From positions 729,297-793,296 of the forward strand of contig NW_024881521.1 of NCBI RefSeq assembly GCF_019059575.1: DNA of 64,000 nt, read 5' to 3'. This document shows, piece by piece, positions 33,326 through 44,651 of this stretch; positions within the stretch are counted from its first letter, which is position 1; every line of letters begins with the position of its first letter. The stretch is from Amphibalanus amphitrite (Eukaryota). Position numbers and translations under genes: made by a program. The notes beneath the pieces were generated by a model. The model did no database searches. It saw nothing but the letters and a program-made list of their open reading frames with translations, and had not been told where the DNA came from.

Positions 33326-34596
33326 CACAGTGGCCCTTTTTCAGAATTAGCACGCATAAATTCAAAATATTTTTTCTCTTCTTTTGAGTAAAAAGCAGTC
33401 TAATCGTGTGCAAAACATTCCAAACTATCCGATGGTGCCATTTTTACCTCCTAAAAACTAATTGTCTTTGGTAAAACTGACCGCAAAATCGAAGTTTGTC
33501 GAGAGGCGCGCGGACACCACCGGCGGACCCTAAAAAGTAGGGTGAGATGAACATCAATTTGTAAGGCTTTCGGTGAGAAAATGTTAAAAATTAGTGGCAT
33601 GGCTGTGAAGCTGAGTTTACGTAGAAGCCCTAGAAACCACAATTTTCATTGTATAAACTTCAATAGACCACTTTTGCCGAATATTGTGGACACAATAACA
33701 GGACAATTATTAACTGGAGATGGCGGCATACATATGAAGCTTTATGTTAAGCAGCACACTCTGGAACATGTCGTATTATACATCGTTCGAATCGCCGATC
33801 TCTTCTGACCATGTCCACCAAAGGGCATCGCGCCATTTTGCGCCATTTTGCTTCTACGGTGGATAATGTGAGCCAGTTCAGTCCGCGAGCGGCTGTGGCT
33901 CCTGTTCGATACGACTAAGCTCATTGACCTGGCTCGAAGCTGGTGTCACCAGGTGCGGTAAACCAGGTGTCACCAGGTGCGGTAATCTCACCAAGTGCGG
34001 TAAACTCAATTTGGGGTAAAATACCAAACTACCCCACTCCGTAACTACAAAAATACTACCCCGAAATTAGTTAAACTAGCTTGGTTAGGTTGGACACTTG
34101 GCCCAATCTCACCAAGCTAGTTTAACTAATTTCGGGGTAGTATTTTTGTAGTTACGGAGTGGGGTAGTTTGGTATTTTACCCCAAATTGAGTTTACCGCA
34201 CTTGGTGAGATTGGGCCCTGGTGTGCGCCTAAATGTGGCTTGACTTTTGCCATAAGATGTGCTAATTGAAATTATACTAACGGTGGCTGGCAACAGCTGT
34301 AGATGCGGTCACGTGACGCCCTGGGGCGTCCTGGCGGTCAGTGCAGCGCGGTCGGCTGGCGGGCTCGCCACACTTGCGTTCGGAGCGGCCTGGCCGGCGG
34401 GCGAGCCGTGCGAACGTGCGCCAAATCTTGGCCCGAGCGGCCTGTCGCTGTTGGGCCGAATCTCCTTGGGCAGTTCGTTTCTTTTCTTCTCTTTGCATTG
34501 GCAGGGAATACGTCCTTGATCACGTGGTGATGTCTTGCACCACTTTCAGGTATTGTGGGAATTAATGCGTGCTAATTCTGAAAAAGGGCCACTGTG
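33326..34596. mobile_element. Transib-like non-autonomous DNA transposon (1271 bp): 38-bp TIRs beginning CACAGTG (RSS-heptamer-like), 5-bp TSD AGACG
   Basis: Left TIR 33326-33363 (cacagtggccctttttcagaattagcacgcataaattc) is the reverse complement of 34559-34596 with one mismatch. AGACG sits at 33321-33325 and 34597-34601. No transposase ORF inside. Confidence 0.65.
33987..34208. repeat. Near-perfect foldback palindrome, ~99-bp arms and ~25-bp loop, embedded in the Transib-like element
   Basis: ctcaccaagtgcggtaaactcaatttggggtaaaataccaaactaccccactccgtaactacaaaaatactaccccgaaattagttaaactagcttggt ... loop ... exact reverse complement. Preceded by 3 tandem caccaggtgcggtaa units. Confidence 0.9.
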
Positions 34597-36295
34597 AGAC
34601 GGTCAAACCATGTCGACAGTGAGTGTCGGCGTCGGTACGACGGGCGCCGTGAGGTGTTCGGGGCGGGCCGGCTCGCGTCAGGTAACGGGTCACTCGGGAA
34701 CCTGACCGTGCCGGGGCGGGCCGAGCTCGACGGGAGATGCCATCTGGCCCGGCGCCGCGTGCCCGACCAGGAATGTAAGAGGCGAGAACGGCGCAGTGGT
34801 GACCGGTGGCGGCGGGACGGTGGGAGGCAGAGCCACATGGGGTATGGTGGGGTACATCACCGTTGCAGAATGCACTCGAGTCACAGCATCACCAGCCGGT
34901 AGAGTACTCACCTGAAACAGACAGAAAAACACCCATTAGTGGCACAGTCGGACACAGCACGGCGCGCGGCGAACAGAGGGACGCAGTGAGAGGGCACGTG
35001 CGCTTCAGCGCGGCGGGAGGCGGTCCGCTGCAGAGCGGAGAGAGGGGTACAGAGGAGAGGGACAGAGGCAGAGCGGAGGGCCGCCGGCTCCCCGCTGAGT
35101 CAGCAATACGTCACAATAGCCGCGCGGCCGACACGGCGCTGCAACTCCTCCCAGCTACAAAGCAGCCGACGGCCGGCGCCGCTCAAAAATAAAATTCATT
35201 ACACGAAACAGTTGGGCGCACAGCTGTATGGGCGGCTCGGGCGGCGGCGGGGCGGCGGCGGCTCGGGCGGCGGGGCGGGGCGGCACCTCCGGGACACATT
35301 GTCCCTGCCGAGCGGCAGCCGCAGCTGCGGCTTTGGCTCGTCTCCGGAGCCGCGCTCGCCGACGGCTGCGACGCGTCGCTCCCGTCTCGCGCGTCGCCGC
35401 GGCCGTCGCGTCGATATCGATTTGGCAGACGTCTCGCGCGTCGCGGACCAGCTCGCGCGCGCCTCGCCAGCTCTCAGGCTCGCTCCGCCGCCCTCGTTAG
35501 TCCGCAGGACGGCCGACAGCAGGTGCTTTGATGTGGCGCAGCGCTACGTCTGTGACGCTCAGCGACCGCGCGTGACGCTATGTGACTCCATGTGACGCTG
35601 CCGGCACCGTGACGCCAACGCCGGGAGGAGGACACGGTCGTTTTTCACATCGGTGTCACTTAGGACGACTGTCCTGGGACATTGTCCACCGGGCGAGCAC
35701 ACGAACCGCAGAGAAATTACTGGGATTGCGCGCGTTGTCGAGATAAACCGAGACGCAACCCTTGGCAGCCGGCAAACGAGTCACGTCGTGCACACCGATA
35801 ACATTCTGACCTCTGACGGTTCGGAACTTCTCTGGCGAGCAGCTCTCTGTACATCGCGCGCTACTCCCGTGCAATGTCACCCGCGCTCTTTGCCTGTCAC
35901 ACGTCGCCTATTCTGTCCACCGTCAAATGTCGGTCCCTGCCACCGCTATCCGCACAAACCATTTGCGCTACGTGAGGCCCCGATCTCCTGTATCCTTCCC
36001 CAGCACACCGCGGCCGCTGACAGTCCTGCACCTGCATTGCCATTCCATTGTGAGCCGTCAGCGACCGGTCAGAGAACGTGCACCTGCGCCAGAGCCGCCG
36101 CCACCGCGCCAGGATCGCCGCCGCAGCGTACAGCTACCGCAGGCCCTTCACCGGAGCGGGCCGGCCCCGCGGAGAGGCGGAACAGGTTGGGCAGGTATCG
36201 GTGATACATTGATTTTTGTGGTGGCCCGGTCTGCAGCCTGACCGGTGCGTGGCACGCCGGTCGAACCGGCTACCGACGACTCGGGGGTCGGCAGG

Positions 36296-36432
<137 letters not shown>

Positions 36433-39400
36433 TAGCCAGTCAGCCAGCCAGTCAGCCAGCCAGACACACAGACAGACAGATGAACGAGACCGGGAGGTGA
36501 GTCTGCTCCCACTCTGCACCGCGACGACCGCCGGAACGGAAGATCGCGGGTTGCAACAATCAGTGCGAAAGTTCAGCCCTCTACCTATAATCCTTTTCTC
36601 CTGGCGGACAGGTCCTGAGAGCTGAGAGTCCAACACATCCAAACCGCAGGCCGCACCCGCGAGGTCATGGTGTCGACAGCAATGAGAGGGGATGGGACTG
36701 GAGGGGAGGGGAGGGAGTCGCCTCGACCTTCAGTCATCACGATTAATACCGCAGCCAAACGTGGCCGGCCGGCTGACTGCAGCAGCGTAGACAACGAGCG
36801 GCAGGGAATCGGCCTGCACAGACTAATTGGTCCGCGACCAGATGACCATCCGCGGGTGGCGTCACGGGCTCATGATGACGTCAGGAGATCTCATGACGCC
36901 AGGGGATCTGATGACGTTCGAGATAGGTGAATATACCGGGCTGGTGAGGAGTCCGTCTCCAGAAGTCCCTAGTGTGTCTCGGTGCTGATACCAGCTCGTC
37001 CGCCAGGGCATGCCGTGTGTATTTGGCCAGGAAGCACTCACCCAACGAGAGCACCGGTGACGCCCCCTGAGACCTGGCATCACCCCAGTGCGTCTCGGCC
37101 GGTCGGCACGCCTCTGGCCTTACTCCAGGCCTGGGTCATGTCGGAAGGGTCGTGCCTCAGGCCACTGGCACTAACCGGTCCACCACGCCGACCCGAAACG
37201 ACGCCCACTGAGCCGCCGCCGGCAGTGATCCTGATTCATGGTCGCCGAAAAGGAAATCTCGCCTCCGAGTTTTGGTCAGTCAAGGCAATTTCAGTGAGCC
37301 ATGTGTGAAATCCAGAACCGCAAGAGCCTGGGGAAATGCTTGCACTCAGCACGATGCATATCCTCCGAAGGAGTTGTTTTCCGATTCAGGACCCGAATTC
37401 GTGGCAGTATCGTTCCCGTCTTAATGCACTAACGTCGTCGCTTCATGACTGTAGTTTGATATGCACTTCGAGTCTGACATGTAGATGGCTACTGTCTGTC
37501 TGTCGGCGCATGTAATGGAACCGCCGCACAGATACCGCCGGCCGCCTCCAGCCGCGTCTCGGCCATCTCAGCCGTCTCCGCCGCTGTCCCCTGCAGAGCA
37601 CGCCATTCCCAGCAATTACGGCACGATCATAAATACGGCGGCGTGTCCCGTCTGAGGCCGACTGAGAGCCGCGCCCGCCGCCAGCACCGGACCGAGCACC
37701 TTTACGGTCTCACCGGGCGACACTCTATCGGCCGGCGCGGTAAAACCTCGGCCCGCCGTGATAAAAGAAAATCTAATTAAGTGGAAGGCCGGAGATTCGT
37801 CCAAACAGCGCTCGTACCGGGCCCGGCAGACGTGTCGGCCGGCCGGGTCAAAATTAGCCTTCAGTTGCCGCAATAAAACGGGATGAGACCAGAGTCGGGC
37901 AGAGGGTAAGGTTAATATCCTGGGAATGCTGTCGACGCCGGCCGTACAGGAACCGCAGCTATGCGCCGCCGCCGCCGCCGCCGGTCGGTCGGAGCGCCGG
38001 CGGGCTGCGGGCCGCGCCCAGACAGCCGCCGCCGCGGCCCGGGGACACTTCAAACGCTGCTGAGTGAGTGTGACAGCGCCGCGACAGCGGAGAATCTGCC
38101 GTCGGCTCACATCACACAGCCGTCCGGATGGACGTCACCGGCGTCGGCCAAACAAAGCATAATGTGGTCTGCAGAGCGGACGACAAATCAGACGGGGACA
38201 GCTCCGGTGATGAGGCGACTGTCGGCCGGGAGAGTCGAGCCGGCCAGCGGGCGGCGCCGTGCCCTCCGTCGCATAATGGGCCCAGCGGGAGGCCGCCGGT
38301 CGGGCCGACGGCCCAGGACGCCTCCTCTGTCGCCGGAGCGGAGGAGCACACCAAACACAACAGCCGCCCGGCGCACCCCGGCGCACTCCGGCGCAGAGCG
38401 CGCTACTCGGCGCAGGTCATCCAAACAGCGCCGCGTTTCTGGCAGCGCCTCCCCGGCCCGGCTCGGCGTGGATCGCCGTCGAACGCCGGCCGTCGACAGG
38501 CAGTGTCGTCTGGCCGTGTCCAGGTGTCAGCTCGAAGGTCGCGCTCGTTCCTGAGCGCTCAGCTGTGTCGCCGTCTCGCCGCTCGGAGACACAGCGCCCG
38601 GTGTCACCTCGCTCGCCAGCTCGGCGCCGGCTCGTGTGTCGGAACAGACGAGGGGCGGCCGCGCGTGGCGGCGGTGTCGTCGAAAATTGCCAGCAATGCC
38701 ACAATTCACGCGCCCGGGAGTCTTACTAAGCTTCCGTCATCCACGCGTCCACCCCGACTCCGTCAGCCGTGATTCTACCGGCGCCGCGCGCAGCCCCAGA
38801 CGCGCACTGATTGGCTCTAATTCCTCTGCGGTCCCTGACCAAACAAAGCGGCCCGAGTGGGTTCTGAAGTCGACGGCGGCGCGGCGGCGACCGTCCGGTA
38901 AAAACAGCCATTGTGGTGTCGGCGCCGGCCCCGCCCCGTCGAGTGCTCGTTACCGGCGTGCCACTGCCGACCGGTAGAGGAGGGAGGTGTGCGCGGACGA
39001 GCGGCGAACGCTCAGAGTCAACAGGTGTGAGACGCGCGGTCGGCTGCCGGGTCAGACAGACGGGTCGATCGACATGGCGTCACCGGGGCAACACTGGAGT
39101 ACAACAGTCTGCGAGAGGGAACTAAAAACGGTCGACTGAGCTCGCCGGCTCGCTCGCCGGATTGCACAACTCGTCTGTGTGCTCTGACAGGGGAGTGAGT
39201 AAGGGGAGGGGAGTGACCGGGTGGATCGGAGCCCCGGGAGCGCTCTCGGTCAACTGCAGAGACCCTTCTGAGCTCTGACGGCTCCCGCAGCGGTGCCGAT
39301 CTCGGCGACAGCTCGCCACGGGCGGCCGAGGCTGCGCACCGCCCCGCCCGGCCGGGGTCCGCCGGCGACGGCAGAAATAAAACAGTGCATTACTCGCTTC

Positions 39401-40494
39401 CGGTGCCGGCGGCGACGTTTTGTTTTTGCACGGCGGCGGCGGACGATCATGAAAGGCGGCGCCGGGGCACCCCGCGGCCCCGGCTCAGCCGGATCTCCGC
39501 GACGGGCGCGGACGGCCGACCGGCAGTCACAGGCAGAGGATCACGGTCGAGGGAACTTCCGTCGCCCGTGAGCCCTCGGCTGCCGGCGATCCGCTCCGCC
39601 CGCTCCTCAGCGCTGGCCTAATTCCATGTTGTCAAATCCGAAAATTGGCGACTGGACGACAAGATGAATGATGAGCTGGCCCGCACGCCACTATCGCCCC
39701 TATCGGCTATCGGCAGCCGAAGGGCCACGGGCTAGGTTCGTGTGCGTCAGCTGAACGGTAATGAAGTGGGATGCTCCCGGTGTGGGATACGACTTTCGAC
39801 CTTCCTGCCGTGCTCCTCGGCACACCTGAGGGCGATTTTCTCATGCGCTGCCCGCTCTGCCTTCGGGTGCGTTGGCGGCGACTCGCGTGGAAGATGGCCG
39901 ACCAGCGATTAGACGCTTATTTTATTAACAGAACTAGCCGCTTTCCGTATAAGCGCCGTAAATAAATGAGCCAGGAGACGAAAACAAACACAGTGATCGT
40001 CCATGGCTCCGCAGTGATAACGGCCGATTGCCGCCGAAACAAAGGCCCGGGGCCGGGCGGCGGCGGCGGGCGCTTGGTGATGACTCGCAGCCCACGAGCC
40101 GGGCTATCAGTTCTCCCAGGGACGGCGCACCGCTCCGGGCTGGACGCGTGCCTCGTCCGGCCACAGACTGCCCGTCTATCTGCTGCCCTATCTGCGTGTG
40201 TGTCACCACACTTGCCAGGAACAGATAGCACGGGAGAGTGATGACAGACTGCGTCTAAACTGGGGTCGCCGAACCGACCGGGCCGCCACAGGTCGCCGCC
40301 TCTGATGGACTGGCATGTCAGACAGTACCGCTGTGTTTGTATATCTATCTTGTCTGTCAATATCCACCTTACTGTCCCAGGAGCTTCTCAGTCTTTACAA
40401 CGTCGATAGTCCTTCACGCATGATTCACAGCAGTCGCTCTACGCCCTCCTAGTTCCTACCAACCCTCAGTGCCTTCCAAGTCATACCACCCCTG

Positions 40495-40735
40495 CCGCCT
40501 CTCAGTGCCTCCCTCCGCCCCCAGTGCCTCCCTCCGCCTCCCTCCGCCCCCAGTGACTCCCGCCGCCTCTCAGTGCCTCCCTCCGCCTCCCTCCGCCCCC
40601 AGTGACTCCCGCCGCTTCCCTCCACCCCATCCAGCGCCTCCCGCTGCCTCTCAGTGCCTCCCTCCGCCTCCCTCCGCCCCCAGTGACTCCCGCCGCTTCC
40701 CTCCACCCCTTCCACCGCCTCCCGCTGCCTTCTGC
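40495..40735. repeat. C/T-rich minisatellite (~70-80-bp units: cagtgcctccctccgcctccctccgcccccagtgactcccgccgc...)
   Basis: Direct reading. Accounts for the long ORFs on both strands at 40449-41129. Confidence 0.8.
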
Positions 40736-41614
40736 CGGGTCTGCGGCCGCCCGCTGGCCTGCCGACGCCACCCGCCGCTCTCCAGCCAGGTACAAAAACA
40801 GGGAGACCAACAGGCTGCCCGGCCGCCGGCCGAGCGGCCAGGGCAGCGCACCGGAGAGTGCAACGGCGGCGGTACAGCCGCTGTGCTGCACGCCAGCGAC
40901 CGGTCAGCAAGACAAACTGCCCTGGGTCTCTCCGGATGTGTCTCCCGGCGGGGGACAGAGATGGCGCTGCGGGCGGCGCTGTCACACCATTTATGACCGG
41001 AATGACCGCCGTCCGTCGGCCGATCTCCATCTGAGGTTCACTGAGCGGCAGTGGTGCGGTGGTGGGGCCCTGAGTCACACCTGACGTGCCGCCGACAGCA
41101 GCTGAACACACAGGCGACCGATTCGTCAACGCTCTGTCAGCACAATAATCGGGCTATCATGACACCGCTGACAGCCGCTCGGTGCGCGCAGTGCTGACGC
41201 CCCGTGCCGGAGCGCTGTACAGAGCCCCGCACGGTGTCCGCTGTCCGCCGCGCCGTGTCCGCCGGCCTCGTGACCGTGTTGTCCGGCACCCGTGTCCGTC
41301 GGACGCGTGACCGCCGCCTTATCTGCAGCGCCGGTCGTCGCGCCGCGGTCCCGTGCCAAACGGCAATAGAGCTGTCAAACCGGCCCCGTTTTCTGAGCAG
41401 AGTGTCAGCGGCGTCATGCGCGTTAGCTCCGGCAGCGGCACCACCGGCCGGCCGGCCGGCGCGGGTCACGCCGTTTCCGCAGGATGGCACCGGCTCACGG
41501 CCGCGGCAGGACAATAGCTGGCTGGACGTGTGCAACAGGTGATGTGTGGCGTCCGCCGACCGGCCCGACAAGGCGGCACAAAGGGCGGCCATGAACGATG
41601 GCCCTCAGCAGGAG

Positions 41615-41702
41615 GCAGGCGGTGGTGGGCGGTGGAAGGACGGTGGACAGCCAGTGGAGGGCGGTGGACGGTGGACAGCCAGTGGAGGGCGGTGGACGGT
41701 AG
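41615..41702. repeat. 27-bp minisatellite (ggtggacagccagtggagggcggtggac) x ~3
   Basis: Direct reading. Confidence 0.8.
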
Positions 41703-44224
41703 AAAGGACAGCAGACGGCGAATAGAGCGGTTCCTAGGCACTTGAAGGTGTTTATAGGGGAAATGAGCTCCATTTTGACTCCCAGAGCGAACGATAAAAG
41801 TAGATGAATAAAGCCACGGGGTGGATGGACCCAAGAATGGACACAGGATATGTCTATAAAAAGCATGAATGAAGTCCCATGAATGAAACCACGAGTGGAA
41901 ACGATGAACACCTTTAGATAAAGGAAGTGAAACAGGATAACGAAAATACAAGCTACGAATGAGATTATCTGGTACGAATCAAGCTGATTAAACCACCCAC
42001 CGCGCCGTAGAGACAACAGCCAAAGGAGAGAGTGGGAAGATAAGAGCCTGAGTATGGAGTGATAAGAGTGGTGACTGAGAGGAGAAAGTGCAAAGCGGCG
42101 ACAAAAACCGTGCACTCGGGAATAAGTGAGGGGTCGGCTGCCGTCCGGCGGCGCCGCGCCGACCCTCGGCCATCCCGACCATCACACGACGGTACGTGAC
42201 CGAGGCCGGCGCGCCTCCACAGGATAGACCGATCAAATGGCGCTGCCGCACGGCCACCGGCGCCAAAAACGGCCACCTCGCGGCTGCAGACAGCCGGCTC
42301 GCCAAAGCCCCGCGGTAAAAACCCCCGGTAAAAAGCCCCGCCGGCCCACCAAGAAACGGCCCTCCAAAGGCTGAATGGATTCCGCGCGCCCGGGCAGCGC
42401 GTGCGAACTTTGGCGCGCCGGCCGCCACTGAGCCGAGGAAGGCTCTGGTGGGTGTGCACTGTGCGACGTCCAGTGAGTAGCCTGCACTGTGAGAGGCAGA
42501 ACTAGAGAAGGAATGAGACATAACCGGGTCATCAATCGAGACGGAAGACAATTGCGAAATAGCGAAGCTGAAGGTATTCGCAATAAAGAAACAATGCTCG
42601 AGAAGTATTCAAACAACTGCATACCTACCTTCAGGTCACTGTACTTCGTTATTGCAAAGCTAGATGGTCAAACATCCGACAAATTGCACCGAAACTTCTC
42701 CATCCGACCCACTACTCCAAACAATGTTCTTCGCTTCCATGAACCCGCCTCCCTGCCCATGTTCCCTCCCCCTCCCCCCCCCGGCGGATGTGGTCGATCC
42801 CGCACAGTCCGCTCCTCTCCCGCAGGCCGATCTGTATACGCCGCGGTGTATACAAACACGCCGCGCTGCTGCCGCTGTATACAATCCCGGCGCGGCGCTG
42901 ACCCGTCGGTATACAATCCCGGCGCACTGACGGCGCGCGCTCAGACTCCTGCTGAGAGCCGCCGATCGACGGACGTCGACACCGACAGGGGGAGGGGGGG
43001 GGGGCGGACTCTGCCCGTCGACGGGAGGCGCTCCACCTGAGTAGCGTGGGCCGCAACAGACAGGAGCTCGTCATCGATTCCTACTCGACTGATCAGTGAC
43101 GTGCACCTCACCGCGGTGGGTATTAGGGGGTCGCCGGTTATCAAAGGTCAGGAGAAGGCCGTCGATAGGTAGAAGCCAATGGTCAATGGTCAGTGGCCAA
43201 TAGCGATGATCGGTCAGTGGTCAGTGGTTGGTCCATGGCCATTGTCATCCAGCAGTTCCGCCGACCAATGACCCTCGACGTCAATCACTGTCAAGTTCAG
43301 CCGGCGTGCCGCGGTCGCCGGGTCACTATGAGCCCGCCTACCCGACGACCGGCGCCGAATCGTAATTTAATCGAGCGTCCAACACAGAGTGGTCACTGTG
43401 GCCGCTGCACAGGCTGGCCGCGCCGGAGCAAACACTAATTGGACACGAGCCCTGCAGAGCTAGCGTTGTCCGGGCGGCGGCGACGGTCGCCAGGGATCAC
43501 TGGTATGACACAACTCGCGGCGCCGTGCCGGGCCGATATGAGGGACGCAGGGGACGGTGTGACTACCTGCCGTTATTCCGGCCGGGGTCGCCGGCGCCGG
43601 TAGGAGCCGGGGACACGGAGGGCGGTCGCCGCGGCCCGCCTCCACCGCCGGCCGCCAGGAGTAGATGACATGAGCCGCGGCCGCTCGGCGTCGGCCATTT
43701 GTCTTGCTTTAATAGCGTGACGCTGCCATTTATCAGCGGCCGCGCTGGCGTGGTGTAAGCCGTGTTGAACAAACCCAGGATGGGCTCGAGTTTCGCACGG
43801 CGGACGGCGCCAGCACGCGGCACCGCTGGCGGCATTGCACACGGACTGCTTATGGACTGCTAACAGACTGCTGACTGACTGCTTACGGTCTGCTCAGAGA
43901 CTGGACTGCGGTCAAACGTCGTGAGGTAGTCTGCACGAGCTGGGTCCACCACGGCGGTAGTGTCCGCCTCACGAGGGACAGGTCACAAGACACGGCGGTC
44001 AGGTGCCATCACTCAGGTGGCCAACGAGTCAATAACGCGGAACGGAGCGGCCAGTGCGGCACGGTCATTTCCCAGACGTGCCGCATAGGTAAGCAGGGTC
44101 GGCTGTAGCCAGCATGTAAGCACCGCTGATGAACACCCAGCCAGGATGAAAGACCGCGGATTCACCAGTCAAGAAGATGGAGTAACCGGAGACAGTCTGA
44201 TAGCATCTCTGACAAAGCCTGCAT

Positions 44225-44290
44225 GGCTGTCAGCGGCCGAAACCACTCGCGTCGGCTCGTTTGTAGGGTAGGACGGCCCCTAAAAAACGC
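44225..44290 (+). repeat. 65-bp direct repeat A, copy 1 (ggctgtcagcggccgaaaccactcgcgtcggctcgtttgtagggtaggacggcccctaaaaaacgc). Copy 2 is at 44696-44762; together they flank repeat B copy 1.
   Basis: Exact repeat by direct reading. Confidence 0.9.
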
Positions 44291-44395
44291 ACCGACGGAG
44301 TGATAACGACGAGGTATATGGTCGGGATTAAGGATATGCAGGTTTGACGAATCTCGAAGTCGCATCTATTAAATAGGTGAGGGTGGGTGGGAAAC

Positions 44396-44651
44396 TTCTC
44401 GCCCACTCTCTGCTCCACTCGCCGTCCGTCGCAGTCGACGACTGCCGTTCGCGCCTCTCGGCTCTGCTGCCAGCGGCGCGCCCGTTCCTACACTCCCCTT
44501 CGCACCACCCCTAGTCAGGGTCTGCTCCGCGTCTGTCGGCGGGGTGATTTATCTGTCTCCGACCCCCGTCTCCCTTTGCTCCGGTCACGTTCAGTGGCGC
44601 CCGGGCAGGGTCCTAACCTTCCATAGCCGCGTCGCCGCTATGAGTTGATTA
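44396..44651 (+). repeat. Dispersed repeat B, copy 1 (256 bp), essentially identical to 50369-50624
   Basis: Identical ORF-track peptides (44387..44626 and 50339..50599) and an identical read-through of the sequence. Confidence 0.9.

Noticed and set aside
37961-38772. Overlapping 197-aa and 214-aa + strand ORFs (Arg/Ala/Ser/Pro-rich)
   Set aside because: Typical chance ORFs in ~70% GC DNA. Both strands and several frames are open. No splice signals or conserved motifs.
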